From Planctomycetota bacterium (GTDB lineage Bacteria > Planctomycetota > PLA2 > JAEUHO01), in assembly GCA_028281445.1 (NCBI GenBank), contig JANQJW010000014.1:30026-94025 (forward strand): a stretch of DNA of 64,000 bases. The letters run 5' to 3'. Below the pieces are notes generated by a model that made no database searches, was not told where the DNA came from, and was given only the letters and a program-made list of their open reading frames with translations. The position numbers were made by a program, and so were the translations under genes. How positions within the stretch are numbered: the first letter of the stretch is position 1; every line of letters starts with the position of its first letter. Of this stretch, positions 39,388-50,342 are shown piece after piece.

Positions 39388-41841
39388 TTACGGCGCGCCG
39401 TACGCCTGGTCGCGCGGGGCGGGCGGCTCGTCGAAGGGCGGAACGGCGCCCGGCTGATCGCTGTTCTCGCGCGGCAGGAAGATCGGCAGCAGAGCCGCCT
39501 CGACGTTCTCGCGCGCGTGACTCGTGAAGCGGATGCCCATCGCCTCGACGACCTCGTCCGGGATGTCGCGCAGGTCCTTGCGGTTGGCCTCCGGCAGCAG
39601 CACCTGGCGGATGCCGGCGCGGTGCGCGGCCAACAGCTTCTCCTTGATGCCGCCGACCGGCAGGACGCGCCCCTTGAGGGTGATCTCGCCGGTCATGGCC
39701 AGATCGCTGCGCGCCGGCTTGCCGGTCAGGAGACTCGCGAGGCATGCGGCGATCGTCACGCCGGCTGACGGGCCGTCCTTGGGCGTCGCGCCCTCGGGCA
39801 CATGCAGGTGGATGTCGTAGGAGGAGAGCGTCTTCGGATCGATCTCCAACTCCTGCGCCATGCTCTGGATGAAGGAGTACGCCGCCTCCGCGCTCTCGCG
39901 CATGACGTCCCCGAGGCGGCCTGTGACCTTGATCGCGCCCTTGCCGGGCACGAGCGAGGCCTCGAAGAAGAGCAGGTCACCGCCGACGGGCGTCCATGCG
40001 AGTCCGGCGGTGACACCAACCGCTGCTTCCCGAGCGCGGGCCGTGTCCTCGAAGAGCGCCGGACCGAGATAGCGCTCGACACCCTTGGGGTCGACGCGCG
40101 TACCCTTCTCGCCCGCCGCTTCGTCGCTGGCGACCTCGAGCGCACGCCGCCGGCAGACGCGGCCGATCTGGCGCTGCAGGTTGCGAACGCCGGCCTCGCG
40201 CGTGTAGCCGTCGATGATGGCGCGCAGGGCCTTGTCCGTGAACACGAGCTGCTTGGGCTCGAGCCCGTTCTCCTCAAGCACCTTCGGCAGCAGGTGGCGC
40301 CGCGCGATCTGGAGCTTCTCCATGCGCGTGTACCCGGAGAGCTGGACGACCTCCATGCGATCGCGCAGCGGACCCGGGATGTCCTCGAGCACGTTGGCCG
40401 TGCAGAGGAAGAACACGCGCGAGAGATCGAACGGCAGGTCGAGGTAGTGATCGACGTAGGCGTTGTTCTGTTCGGGGTCGAGCACCTCGAGCATTGCGCT
40501 CGACGGGTCGCCGCGCACGTCGCTGCCCATCTTGTCGATCTCGTCGACGACGAAGACGCAGTCGCGCGCGCCCGCGCGCTTCACCGCCTGGATGATCTTG
40601 CCGGGCATCGCACCCACATAGGTGCGGCGATGGCCCTTGACCTCCGCTTCGTCGCGCATGCCGCCCACGGACACACGCACGAACTCGCGCGCCATCGACT
40701 CGGCGATGCTACGCCCCAGGCTCGTCTTGCCCACGCCGGGCGGGCCGACGAGGCACAGGACGGGGCTCCGCGGGTCGTTCTTCAGGCGCCGGACGGCGAG
40801 AAACTCGAGGATGCGGTCCTTGACGTCGTCCAGGCCGTAGTGGTCGCGATCGAGGATCCGACGGGCCTTCTTGAGGTTGATGGCCTTGCGGTCCTGGAGA
40901 TGCCAGGGTAGGTCGAGGATCCAGCCGATGTAGGTGCGGGCGACGTGGTACTCGGCCGACGAGGCGGGCATCGCGGCGAGCCGGTCGACCTCGCGCCGGG
41001 CGGCCGTCTCGACCTCCTCGGGCAGCGCGGCTTCTTCGATCTTGTCGCGCAGCTCGAGGATGTCCTGCTCGGTATCGCCCTCGATCCCGAGCTCCTCGCG
41101 GATCGTCTTGAGCTGCGTGCGCAGGAGGTGCTCGCGCTGGCGCTTGTCGATGTCGACCTTGACCTTCTTGGCGACCTCGGCCTCGATCTGCTGGCGCGCG
41201 ACCGACTCCTCGAGCACCTCTTCGACGATGCGCAAGCGCTCGCGCACGTTCTCCGTCACGCAGATGAGCGTCTTGGTGCTCAGCGTGAGGTTCACGTGCG
41301 CGCCGATGAGGTCCGCGAAGCGTCCCGCGCCAGCGATGTTCATGCGCAGGATGTTGACCATCTCCGCCGGGTAGCCGCCCTCGGCCTTGACGAGCTGGTC
41401 CACCATGTCCATGCAGCGGTAGATCAGGCCGTCGATGTCGGCGCCACGCGGCTCGCGCTCGTCGTAGGCCTCGATCTTGAAGTGGAAGAACGGATCGTGT
41501 TCGACGATCTCCTTCAGGCGCACTCGGCGCAGGCCCTGGAAGACGACCTGCACGGTCTCGTTGGGCATGCGCATGCGGTGGATGACGCGACACACGACGC
41601 CGACCGGATGGAAGTCCTCCATGCGGTCGCTGCGCTCGGCGCTGCGGTCCTTGGGGAAGAAGCACGCGACCAGCGCGGCGTCGCCCGTGGTCTCCTCGAT
41701 CATGCGGAGGCTGCGCGGGCGGTCGAGCTGGACGGAGACGACGTCGAACGGGAAGACCACCGTGCTCATCAGCCGGAGGCCCGGAAGCTCGTCCGGGATC
41801 TCGGCCTGCTCGAAAGGGAGGGTTCCGTTCGGGTCCACCAC
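39388..41841 (-). CDS. lon: ATP-dependent Lon protease (LonA). GTG start.
   Basis: Lon N-terminal domain, Walker [16 protein letters not shown], and the protease Ser-Lys dyad region ([12 protein letters not shown]...[12 protein letters not shown]). Confidence 0.9.
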   Translation of the reverse strand: MVDPNGTLPFEQAEIPDELPGLRLMSTVVFPFDVVSVQLDRPRSLRMIEETTGDAALVACFFPKDRSAERSDRMEDFHPVGVVCRVIHRMRMPNETVQVVFQGLRRVRLKEIVEHDPFFHFKIEAYDEREPRGADIDGLIYRCMDMVDQLVKAEGGYPAEMVNILRMNIAGAGRFADLIGAHVNLTLSTKTLICVTENVRERLRIVEEVLEESVARQQIEAEVAKKVKVDIDKRQREHLLRTQLKTIREELGIEGDTEQDILELRDKIEEAALPEEVETAARREVDRLAAMPASSAEYHVARTYIGWILDLPWHLQDRKAINLKKARRILDRDHYGLDDVKDRILEFLAVRRLKNDPRSPVLCLVGPPGVGKTSLGRSIAESMAREFVRVSVGGMRDEAEVKGHRRTYVGAMPGKIIQAVKRAGARDCVFVVDEIDKMGSDVRGDPSSAMLEVLDPEQNNAYVDHYLDLPFDLSRVFFLCTANVLEDIPGPLRDRMEVVQLSGYTRMEKLQIARRHLLPKVLEENGLEPKQLVFTDKALRAIIDGYTREAGVRNLQRQIGRVCRRRALEVASDEAAGEKGTRVDPKGVERYLGPALFEDTARAREAAVGVTAGLAWTPVGGDLLFFEASLVPGKGAIKVTGRLGDVMRESAEAAYSFIQSMAQELEIDPKTLSSYDIHLHVPEGATPKDGPSAGVTIAACLASLLTGKPARSDLAMTGEITLKGRVLPVGGIKEKLLAAHRAGIRQVLLPEANRKDLRDIPDEVVEAMGIRFTSHARENVEAALLPIFLPRENSDQPGAVPPFDEPPAPRDQAYGAP

Positions 41842-41915
41842 GTCGATCCTATCGGCCGGAAAAGCGGTCCGGTGTTGGGGCGTGTTGGCTCGAACTCATT
41901 CCGCCCGCGCCTACC

Positions 41916-43094
41916 ATGCCGCCCATGGACCTCGATGACGCCCGGTTTCTGGCTGCTGATGGCGGTTTCCGGCTGCTCGAGGCCGCCCGAACAACGCGAG
42001 AACTGCCGGCGCACCGGCGCGCGGGTGCCTTGGCCGAATGCGGAACGCCGGATCAGGTGCGCCTGGCCCTCCAGCAGGACGATCTGCGGGTGAAGGCGCT
42101 GGCGCGCTGCCCCCATGCGGAGCGGCTGTTGTTCACGCCGGAGGCGCTCGAGCAGGCGACCGCCTGGCCGGTCGCCGAGGAACGCGCGACACGCTGGCAC
42201 GCCGGGCCGGACGAGCCGTTGCACGACCTCGGCGCCGGTATCGGCATGGACTCGCTGGCGACCGCGCTGCGCGGCCGCCCGGTCGTGGCCTACGAGCAGG
42301 ACCCGGTGCGCGCCACGCTGCTGGCCCACAACGCGCGTGCGCTGGACCTCGCGGTGGACGTGCGCACCGCCGACCTGCGTGCGGAGAAGCCAGGCGGTGC
42401 GCTCGCCCTGCTCGATCCCGACCGACGCCCCGGCGGACGGCGCACGCGCGACCGGGACGCGTTCGAACCGCCGCGCGACACGTGGGCGGCCATCACGAGC
42501 CGGTTCGAACGCGCGATGATCAAGCTGCCTCCCACCGCGACGGACGAGGCGGAGGCGCATCCCTTCGAGGTCGTCTCGCTGCATGGGCGCGCCCGCGAGC
42601 GGCGCCTGTTCACGGAGGGCTGGGCCCTGCCGCCCCGCCGCGCGCTGGCCCTGCCCTCCGGTCGCAGCGTCGAGGGGGCGGGCGCGCGCTGGCCCGATCC
42701 CGTCGACGTCAAGGAGGGCGACTGGATCCTCGACCCGGACACGTCGGTCGTGTTGGCGGGCCTCGTCGGTGATCTCGCCCTACGCGATGGCCTGCAACCG
42801 GTGCATCCCGAGATTGCCTACCTCGTGGGCGCCGCGCCGAACGACACGGCGCCCGGTCACTGGGTCCGGGTGGACGCGGTGCTGTCGCCGCACCCCAAGA
42901 AGCTGAAGGCGTGGCTGCGCGCGCACGCCGTCGGCAACCTGACGATCCGCAAGCGCGGCGTGGCGACGTCCGTCGAGAAGTGGCGGCGCCTGATCCAGCC
43001 CAAGGGCAAGAACGCCGCGACGCTGGTGATCGCGCGGGATGTCCGGGATCGCTGGGTGGCGTATGGATGTCGTGGTCCGGACGCCGCCGGGTAA
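41916..43094 (+). CDS. Class I SAM-dependent methyltransferase-like protein (THUMP-like/putative RNA methyltransferase family).
   Basis: Motif I LHDLGAGIGMDSLA and acidic motif II ALLDPDRRP. No other domains recognised. Confidence 0.45.
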   Translation: MPPMDLDDARFLAADGGFRLLEAARTTRELPAHRRAGALAECGTPDQVRLALQQDDLRVKALARCPHAERLLFTPEALEQATAWPVAEERATRWHAGPDEPLHDLGAGIGMDSLATALRGRPVVAYEQDPVRATLLAHNARALDLAVDVRTADLRAEKPGGALALLDPDRRPGGRRTRDRDAFEPPRDTWAAITSRFERAMIKLPPTATDEAEAHPFEVVSLHGRARERRLFTEGWALPPRRALALPSGRSVEGAGARWPDPVDVKEGDWILDPDTSVVLAGLVGDLALRDGLQPVHPEIAYLVGAAPNDTAPGHWVRVDAVLSPHPKKLKAWLRAHAVGNLTIRKRGVATSVEKWRRLIQPKGKNAATLVIARDVRDRWVAYGCRGPDAAG

Positions 43095-43097
43095 ACG

Positions 43098-43218
43098 CGG
43101 GCCGACCACTCGCTTCGCTCGGGTCGCCCCTACACCGATCCCCCACGTGTGCGCGACCGCCGGCCGTCGCCGCGATGTAGGGGCGACCCGAGGTCCGCAG
43201 GGCCGAGTGGTCGGCCCG
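43098..43218. repeat. Palindromic intergenic repeat element, family A, copy 3.
   Basis: cgggccgaccactcgcttcgctcgggtcgcccctacaccg ... cgatgtaggggcgacccgaggtccgcagggccgagtggtcggcccg. Starts 3 nt after the methyltransferase stop codon. Confidence 0.8.
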
Positions 43219-43238
43219 CGAATGTGGATCCGTACGCC

Positions 43239-43862
43239 CTAGTCAGGAAATCCCGGCAGCGGCGGCAAGCCCGGAATCGGGCCTTCCTTCTCCTCGGTGT
43301 GCACCGGATCCGGACGACGGATGCGCGGGCTCGTGCCCGGCTTCATGCGGTACTGCTCGCGGAACTCCGGGCTCACGTCGCTAGGCAGGAAGTACATCTC
43401 GACCCGGCGGTTGATCAGATGCTCCATCGTCGTGTTGCGCTTGCCCTCGACCCACTTCGCAGCGATCGGATTGCTCGGCTCGGTGATGTTGTCGTTCGTC
43501 TGCTTGATGACGTTGGTGCTGAGCTCGTAGTAGTTGGTCCGGCCGCGGACGGGGCGAATGTTCATCGTCACCTTCTCGCGGTAGCCGGTACCGGCGAACG
43601 GCGAGAGCGACATCTTCCAGCGCGTCATGATCGTTCCGGAGTCGCTCGCACAGAGGGACGGATCCGGGATGTAGCCCTGCTGACGCAGCACGCGCATGCC
43701 GGCGGCGTAGACCGACTCCTTGCTCGGGGCCGGGAAGCCGTCACTGCATGTGCCGGACTTGTCCTCGCGCGCGAGGAACGAGTCGGCCGACGTCTGTCCG
43801 AGCGGCGTGCAGGCCGCCAAACCGAGGATGAGCAGGGGCACGAAGAGACGCATCTTGTTCAT
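43239..43862 (-). CDS. Hypothetical lipoprotein.
   Basis: Signal peptide plus lipobox MNKMRLFVPLLILGLAACTP. No recognisable domains. Confidence 0.5.
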   Translation of the reverse strand: MNKMRLFVPLLILGLAACTPLGQTSADSFLAREDKSGTCSDGFPAPSKESVYAAGMRVLRQQGYIPDPSLCASDSGTIMTRWKMSLSPFAGTGYREKVTMNIRPVRGRTNYYELSTNVIKQTNDNITEPSNPIAAKWVEGKRNTTMEHLINRRVEMYFLPSDVSPEFREQYRMKPGTSPRIRRPDPVHTEEKEGPIPGLPPLPGFPD

Positions 43863-43959
43863 GCTCCCAGCGTCCGCCCAAGCCGTCATTGGTCGGTCAT
43901 GCGGACCACGCGAACCCGAACGGAGCCCTACGAATGGCGGCCGCTGCTACCGTCGCCCC

Positions 43960-45546
43960 ATGGCCGCCGAGTCGTTTCCCCTGTCGCATGCCGTCGGACG
44001 CGGCCGCTCCGCGACGGTCTACGCCGCGACGACAGCAGACGGCGAGCGCCTTGCGCGCAAGGTCTTCGTGCCGGACACGGCCAGCCGGCTCGTCATGGTC
44101 GTCACGGACGGTGCGCCCAACCCGTACGGCTGGAGCGCGCACGCGATTGAAGCGGCAATCGCACGGCGTCGCGTGCTGCGTCCGCTCGTCCAATTCTGGT
44201 TCGGCACGAAACTGCGCATCCCCGAGCAACGCGGCTGGGTCTGGAACGAACGCCACCGCGCCAACGAGATGCGCAACGTCTTCGTCGAAGGCCGCCCCGT
44301 ACCGCTGCGTTTCGCCGCGCCCGCGTCGGACGCGCCCGACCGGCTCGCCGACCTCACGTCGCGCGTGATGGCGCCACTGCAAGCGCACCTCGAAGCCGCC
44401 GGCTTCGACGGTCTCGTATGGCAGGCGGGCCGCGGCAATCCCGTAGCGACGAGCAACTTCCTCCTGGAGGACGAAGAGCACGGGCAGTTCGCATGGATCG
44501 ATCTCGAGTCGGGCGTGCCCGCGCTGTTCTCGTGGAGCGTGCGAGAGCAAGCGCGGTACTACCTGCCGAAAGCGCTGCGCTACCGGCCGATGTTCGACGA
44601 CGTGGATGTCACCCGGCTGCAGCACTACCTCGCGCGCAAGGCAGAGAACATCGACGCGGCGTGCGGGCCGGGCACGACGGCGCGTTGTATCGAGGACGCC
44701 GAGGCCCTGGACGAGCACCAGCGGCGTTGGAAGGGCATGCGCCGGATCGACCGCAGCATCCTCTACGCGTTTCGCCGCGGACACCTCACGGCGGACCAGG
44801 CGCGTACCTACCGCAAGCAGCCGTTGCGCTGGAACCTCTTCGTAGCGCGCGCCGGCATGGCCGCCGCGGCGCACCGCGCCGTACGCACGCTACGCACGAC
44901 CGGCCGCTGGCTCGCCAACGTGCGATACGGGCGACTGCTGCGCAACGCCGGCCGGTTCATGGTCTCGCAGCGCTACCGCACGCACGTGGCGCAGCGCCTC
45001 GTACGCGCGCGGGTCCGCAGCTGGCGCAAGCGCGGTGCGGTCCGTGCCACCGAAGCCGGTGCGCTGCGCCGGCGTCTCGGCGCGGACGAATCGAGCCAGT
45101 ACGTCACGGACTTCGGCGTGCACCTGGCGATCAAGCCCATCGTGAAGGCCCTGCAGTGGTGGGTCGCGCCCGCGCTCACCGTCGCGAGCGTCCTGCACCC
45201 GGTCGCGCTGGGAGCCATCCTCGTCGCGGGCGGAGCCATTGGACGCACGCTCTACACACTCGGACGGCTGCTCCAGGCGGCGCTGCGCGGCGAACGCAAG
45301 CCGTGGATCGCGCTGGGGGTCGGCGTGTTGCCCGTTGCAGGGAATGCGGCGTACCCGATCGAGCTGCTCTACTGCGGCGCCGGCGAGGGTCGGGCGCTCG
45401 CGCGCTTCCTGATCTACGACGTGTTCGCGGCCGCCGGCAGGGCCGTGCCCATCTGGGGCGGGTCGGACACATGGACCGAGCACTGGTTCAACCGGTTGCC
45501 GGATCGGGTGCCGGGGTTGCGGGCGAAGGCACCTGAGCCGGAGTGA
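43960..45546 (+). CDS. Hypothetical protein with a divergent protein-kinase-like (Kdo/RIO/ABC1-like) N-terminal fold and a hydrophobic C-terminal region.
   Basis: G-loop-like VGRGRSATVY, an AxK-like ARKVF, a catalytic-loop-like GNPVATSNFLL with no catalytic Asp, and a DFG-like WIDLESG. This is followed by an Arg-rich region and a hydrophobic tail. Confidence 0.4.
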   Translation: MAAESFPLSHAVGRGRSATVYAATTADGERLARKVFVPDTASRLVMVVTDGAPNPYGWSAHAIEAAIARRRVLRPLVQFWFGTKLRIPEQRGWVWNERHRANEMRNVFVEGRPVPLRFAAPASDAPDRLADLTSRVMAPLQAHLEAAGFDGLVWQAGRGNPVATSNFLLEDEEHGQFAWIDLESGVPALFSWSVREQARYYLPKALRYRPMFDDVDVTRLQHYLARKAENIDAACGPGTTARCIEDAEALDEHQRRWKGMRRIDRSILYAFRRGHLTADQARTYRKQPLRWNLFVARAGMAAAAHRAVRTLRTTGRWLANVRYGRLLRNAGRFMVSQRYRTHVAQRLVRARVRSWRKRGAVRATEAGALRRRLGADESSQYVTDFGVHLAIKPIVKALQWWVAPALTVASVLHPVALGAILVAGGAIGRTLYTLGRLLQAALRGERKPWIALGVGVLPVAGNAAYPIELLYCGAGEGRALARFLIYDVFAAAGRAVPIWGGSDTWTEHWFNRLPDRVPGLRAKAPEPE

Positions 45547-45585
45547 TTGGGTTGGTGCCCTCGTGGTTGTGGTGGTGGTCGTGGG

Positions 45586-46812
45586 CTACGCCCCGACCGC
45601 TGCGCGGCCGGCGACGTAACCACTGCTCCACGCCCACTGAAAGTTGAACCCGCCGATGCGGCCGTCGACGTCGCAGATCTCGCCGCACACGTAGAGGCCG
45701 GGACACACGCGCGACGCGAGTGTCTTGAGGTCGAGTTCACGCAACGGCACGCCACCCGCCGTGACCTCCGCCCAGGTCCAGCCGCGTGGCCCCGTCACCG
45801 GCAGCGGCATCTCCGTGAGGACCGCCACAAGTCGCTTGCGTGTCTTCTTCGTGAGGTCGACGTGGACCTCCGACGTGTCGACGCCGGCCTGCTCGCACAG
45901 CGCCTTGGCGAGCCGCACCGGCAAGCGCTGCTCGAGTAGCTGCATCGGCGGTGCGCCTCGGAGATCGATCAACGCGCGGTCGAGCGACTCGCGCGTCTCA
46001 CCCGGCAACCAGTTGACGACAAGGGCGACGTCCGAGTCGGCTTCATGCGCGTCGAGGTAGTAGCGGCTGATGTCGAGGACCGCGGGGCCGCTGATCCCAA
46101 AGTGCGTACACAGCAACGGCCCTTCGAACCGGTGCAGCGTCTTGCCCGTTCCCGACTGCACGCGGAGCGAGACGGGCGTGGCGACGCCCCTGAGCGCGGT
46201 CACGAAGTAGCCGTCGGGCAGCAGCAGGGGCACGAGGGACTGGAAAAGCCGCGGCGTCGTCGAGTGCCCGAGCGACCGGACCATCGCGTAGCCGTGGCCG
46301 TCCGATCCGCTCTTGGGCAGGCTCTTCCCGCCCGTCGCCAGGATCACCCGGCGCGCTTGGAGCCGGCCCTCGGGCCCGGTCACCACGAAGTGCTCGCCTT
46401 CTCGCGTGACGCTCTCCACGCGCCAGGGGTGACGCAGGTCGACACCGGCATCCTGCGCCGCGCGAAGCAACGCATCGAGCACCGTGCGCGCGCGATCGGT
46501 CGTGGGGAAGAGCTTGCCCGTCTCCTCGCGCTTGAGCTCGACACCCAGCTCCTCGAAGAAGGCGCGTACGGCCGCGACGTCGAAGCGCCGCAACACCTTG
46601 CGGATCGCCGCGGGCGTCGAACCGGCGAACGCCCGCTCGCCGACCTCGAAATGGGTCACGTTGCAGCGTCCGCCCCCCGCCACGAGGATCTTCGCGCCGA
46701 TGGACTTCGCACCGTCCAGCGCCACGACGGAGGCGTCGGGAGCCGCGCGCGCCGCCTGGATCGCGGCCATGAGACCGGCGGCGCCCGCGCCGACGACCAC
46801 GACATCGATCAT
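45586..46812 (-). CDS. HI0933/BaiN-like NAD(FAD)-utilizing flavoprotein.
   Basis: N-terminal dinucleotide fold IDVVVVGAGAAGLMAAIQAA. Family-typical length and C-terminal GGxxxQWAW-like region. Confidence 0.7.
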   Translation of the reverse strand: MIDVVVVGAGAAGLMAAIQAARAAPDASVVALDGAKSIGAKILVAGGGRCNVTHFEVGERAFAGSTPAAIRKVLRRFDVAAVRAFFEELGVELKREETGKLFPTTDRARTVLDALLRAAQDAGVDLRHPWRVESVTREGEHFVVTGPEGRLQARRVILATGGKSLPKSGSDGHGYAMVRSLGHSTTPRLFQSLVPLLLPDGYFVTALRGVATPVSLRVQSGTGKTLHRFEGPLLCTHFGISGPAVLDISRYYLDAHEADSDVALVVNWLPGETRESLDRALIDLRGAPPMQLLEQRLPVRLAKALCEQAGVDTSEVHVDLTKKTRKRLVAVLTEMPLPVTGPRGWTWAEVTAGGVPLRELDLKTLASRVCPGLYVCGEICDVDGRIGGFNFQWAWSSGYVAGRAAVGA

Positions 46813-46822
46813 GGCGCGTTGT

Positions 46823-47665
46823 TCACCGCGCCCGCGGGTCGAGAGCCTTGCGCAGGCCGTCGCCGAGCAGGTTGAAGCCGAGCACGGTCACGGCGATGGC
46901 GACACCGGGCGGAACGTAGATCCAGGACTCCCCCGCCCGGATGTGCTTCATGACCTCGGAGAGCATCACCCCCCACTCGGCGACGCGCGCTTCCGGCCCC
47001 AGTCCCAGGAAGTTGAGCCCCGCGGCGGAGAGGATGGCGAAGCCCACGCCGAGCGTGGAGAGCACGATGATCGGCGCGAGACAGTTCGGCAGCACGTGCC
47101 GGAAGAGAATCCGATGCGGGCTGTAGCCGAGCGACTTCGCGGCCACGACGTACTCCATCTCGCGCGCTTGGAGTACCGAACCGCGCACCTGTCGCGCGAC
47201 GAGGGGAACGTTCACGACACCCACGGCGATGATGACCGTCGTCACGCTGCGATCGGCGAGAAGCGTCGCGATGGCGATGGCGAGAACGACGCTCGGAAAC
47301 GCGAGCATGACGTCGACCGTACGCATGAGCAGGCCGTCGACCCAGCCGCCCGCGTACCCGCTGATCGCGCCCATCGGCACGCCGATCAGCAGGGCCAGCA
47401 GGATCGCCGCAACACCCGTCAACAGCGAAGTGCGCGCGCCATAGAGGAGGCGCGAGAAGACGTCATAGCTGCTCGCGTCCGTCCCGAGCCAATGTTCGGC
47501 CGAGGGGCCGGCCGTGCCGACCTCGGTGTCGCGTTCCTTCGGTCCGTACGGCGCCAGCGGCGCGCAGAGTGCCATCAGCAGGACCAGGACGAGGAGCCCC
47601 AAGCCGAGCATGGCACCGCGCTCGCGGCGGAGAGAGCGCCAGATGTCCTGCAGGCGCTCCTTCAT
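46823..47665 (-). CDS. Peptide/nickel ABC transporter permease, OppC/DppC type.
   Basis: Binding-protein-dependent transport EAA-like loop (AAKSLGYSPHRILFRHVLPN). Overlaps the upstream permease stop. Confidence 0.75.
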   Translation of the reverse strand: MKERLQDIWRSLRRERGAMLGLGLLVLVLLMALCAPLAPYGPKERDTEVGTAGPSAEHWLGTDASSYDVFSRLLYGARTSLLTGVAAILLALLIGVPMGAISGYAGGWVDGLLMRTVDVMLAFPSVVLAIAIATLLADRSVTTVIIAVGVVNVPLVARQVRGSVLQAREMEYVVAAKSLGYSPHRILFRHVLPNCLAPIIVLSTLGVGFAILSAAGLNFLGLGPEARVAEWGVMLSEVMKHIRAGESWIYVPPGVAIAVTVLGFNLLGDGLRKALDPRAR

Positions 47666-48678
47666 GATCGCGAGTGCCTGATTCTCGGGTCGATCACGCC
47701 ATAGAGCAGGTCCACGACGAGGTTCACGAGAACAAACGTCACGACGAACAGCAGCATGCAGCCCATGAGGACCGAGTGGTTCACACGCAGCGCCGCGTCG
47801 ATCATGTAGGTACCCAGCCCGGGCCAGCTGAAGACGCGCTCGGTCAGCACGGCGCCGGAGAGCAGCGTGCCGAGCTGCAGCCCGGTGATCGTGATGATCG
47901 GGATCAAGGCGTTGCGGCGCACGTGGCGCTTCACGACGCGCCGTTCGGTCAGACCCTTGGCACGCGCCGTGGTCACGTAGTCCTTGCCCAACTCCTCGAG
48001 CATCGACGAGCGCGTCATGCGCGTGATCGTCGCGAGCGGGATCGTGGAGAGCGCGACAGCCGGCAACAGGATGTGCTTGAGCGCGGTGAGAAAGATGCCG
48101 AAGTCGAGCCGGAACAGGGGCTCGAACAACCACCAGCGCGTGTGGTAATAGCCCTCCCCGGCGATGGTCGTGTCGCTCCAGCCTTCGAACGGCAGCCAGC
48201 GCAGCTCGACGCCGAAGATCGCGATCAGGATCATCCCCAGCCAGAACACGGGGATCGAGATGCCCCCCAGCGAGAGCACTTGCCCCACCGCATCGATCCA
48301 TGTCCCAGGCCGGATCGCCGAGCGGGTGCCGACCCATGTGCCGATGAGATAGGCGATCAAGAGCGCGATAATCGCGAGCTCCGCCGTGGCGGGAAAGCGC
48401 TTCTTCAGCTCATCGCCGACCTGGAGGCGATCGTTGTAGACATCGTGGCCGAAGTCGAGCTGCGCGGCACGTCCGAGATAGCGCCCGTAGCGCTCGAGGA
48501 ACGGTCCATCGAGGTTGAGCGCGGAGCGGCAGGCCTCCATCGCCTCGGGCGTCTTGTACTTGATCTGCTCGGCGCACGGGTCGCCGGGAAAGTTCGACAC
48601 CACCAGGAAGACGATGAACGACGCCGCGATCAGCAGCGGAATCGCGATCAGGAGGCGTCGAAGGAGGAACGTGAGCAT
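47662..48678 (-). CDS. Peptide/nickel ABC transporter permease, OppB/DppB type.
   Basis: N-terminal MLTFLLRRLL...NFPGDP signature and an EAA loop (ARAKGLTERRVVKRHVRRNALIP). Confidence 0.75.
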   Translation of the reverse strand: MLTFLLRRLLIAIPLLIAASFIVFLVVSNFPGDPCAEQIKYKTPEAMEACRSALNLDGPFLERYGRYLGRAAQLDFGHDVYNDRLQVGDELKKRFPATAELAIIALLIAYLIGTWVGTRSAIRPGTWIDAVGQVLSLGGISIPVFWLGMILIAIFGVELRWLPFEGWSDTTIAGEGYYHTRWWLFEPLFRLDFGIFLTALKHILLPAVALSTIPLATITRMTRSSMLEELGKDYVTTARAKGLTERRVVKRHVRRNALIPIITITGLQLGTLLSGAVLTERVFSWPGLGTYMIDAALRVNHSVLMGCMLLFVVTFVLVNLVVDLLYGVIDPRIRHSRS

Positions 48679-48684
48679 CCGCGC

Positions 48685-50274
48685 CTACTCGACGGCGTAG
48701 CCCGCCTCGCGCAGGAGTGCCTTCGCCTTCTCCGGGTCGTGCGGCCGGTCCTTCAGGTCCTTCGGAAAGCCCAGGAAGCTGGGCAGGGTGGGCACGAGCG
48801 CCGGCTTGGCGTACCCGCGGTAGGCAAGCCGGATCAGGTTCTTCTTGTTGATCGCGTACGCCACGGCTTCGCGCACCTTCGGGTTGTCGAACGGCGCCTT
48901 CAGGCAGTTCATGGCGAGGTAGCAGAAGCTGGACTGCGGTAGCTTGGAGACGACTACGGAGTCGGTCTTCTCGAGCTGCGGAATCGTATCGGGACCCAGG
49001 TTGTCGATGAGGTCGGCGCCGCTGCCGGCGATGAGGCGGTCGGCCCGCACCGTCGCGTCGGGCGCGATGCGGAAGTAGACATCCTTGATCTTGGGCGGGC
49101 CGTCCCAGTAGTTCTCGTTGCGCGTGAGGTGGATCTCGTTGCCGCTGTCCCATTTCACGAACTTGAACGCACCGGTACCGACGGGGTTGATGCGGATGTC
49201 TGCCCCGTGCTTCTCCATCGCCGCGGGCGAGATGATCGAGCAGCCGAACATCGCGAGCATGTGCAGGAAGAAGCCCGGTGCGGCGTGGTTGCAGCGGAAC
49301 ACCACCTCCATCGGATGGGACCCGACCTCGACCTTCTTGATCAAGCGCTGGAAGCTCCCCTTCCAATTGTCCCACTTGCCGTCGGGGAAGTGGTACGGGT
49401 GCTTCGGGTCGCGCATGCGCTCGAACGTCGTCGCGACGGCAGCGCCGTCGAGCTTGGTGCCGTCGTGGAACGTCACACCCTCGCGAATCTGGAAGGTCCA
49501 CACGGTGTGGTCGTCGTTCTTCGTCCACGACGTAGCCAGCGCCGGCTCGACGTCTTGCGTGCCGGGGACGTAGCGCACGATCCGGTCGAAGACCTGTTCG
49601 ATGACCTTGCTGCTCTCGCCGTCGGTCACGTCGCCCGGATCGAGGCTGTTGGAATCGGCACCGCGCAGGAAGACGAGGGTGTCGCTCGGTGCCTCCTTCA
49701 CGCGTCGGATCAGCGGGTGCGTCACCCACTCCGTCTGGAGCGGGGCGAAGCCCTTGCGGAACGCCACGCGCCGGTCGGCGTAGATGAGCGGCACCATGGG
49801 CACGTCGCGAAACACCATGCGCACGGCCTTCTCGTAGAGCGCGTGGCGCTCCTCGCGCGTGTGCGGCAGCCGCGCCTCGTCGAGCAGCTTGTCGAACTCG
49901 GGGTTGCGGTAGAAGCTGATGTTGTTGGCGGACCCGATCTCGGAGCTGTCCGAGTGCAGCAGCGGCACCAGATAGTTGTCGGTGTCGGGCAGGTCGGGCG
50001 ACCAGCCGAGCAGCGCGAGCTGATGGCGCCCGCTCGTCACGGACGGAATGTAGGCGCTCCACGGCTCCTTGCGGATCTCTACCTCGAAGCCCGCATCCTC
50101 GAGATCGCCGGCGACCTGCTTCGCAACGTCGCCCGGCCAAGGCAGATACGGCCGGCTGTTCGCCCCGTGGCTGAGCACCACCTTCAGCGCGGTGGGAGCC
50201 TCGGAGTCGGACTCGGTCCCGCATCCGACGGTCACGAGGGGAACGACGAGCAGCAACAACCACAGATGACGCAT
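48685..50274 (-). CDS. ABC transporter substrate-binding lipoprotein (family 5, peptide/nickel type).
   Basis: Lipobox LVTVGCG. SBP family 5 size and motifs. Lies upstream of the two permeases. Confidence 0.7.
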   Translation of the reverse strand: MRHLWLLLLVVPLVTVGCGTESDSEAPTALKVVLSHGANSRPYLPWPGDVAKQVAGDLEDAGFEVEIRKEPWSAYIPSVTSGRHQLALLGWSPDLPDTDNYLVPLLHSDSSEIGSANNISFYRNPEFDKLLDEARLPHTREERHALYEKAVRMVFRDVPMVPLIYADRRVAFRKGFAPLQTEWVTHPLIRRVKEAPSDTLVFLRGADSNSLDPGDVTDGESSKVIEQVFDRIVRYVPGTQDVEPALATSWTKNDDHTVWTFQIREGVTFHDGTKLDGAAVATTFERMRDPKHPYHFPDGKWDNWKGSFQRLIKKVEVGSHPMEVVFRCNHAAPGFFLHMLAMFGCSIISPAAMEKHGADIRINPVGTGAFKFVKWDSGNEIHLTRNENYWDGPPKIKDVYFRIAPDATVRADRLIAGSGADLIDNLGPDTIPQLEKTDSVVVSKLPQSSFCYLAMNCLKAPFDNPKVREAVAYAINKKNLIRLAYRGYAKPALVPTLPSFLGFPKDLKDRPHDPEKAKALLREAGYAVE

Positions 50275-50342
50275 GCAGAGCCTCCGACAGCCTCCGACCG
50301 GAACGGGGGCCGGATCCTAACCGCAACAGCGCGACGGAAGGG

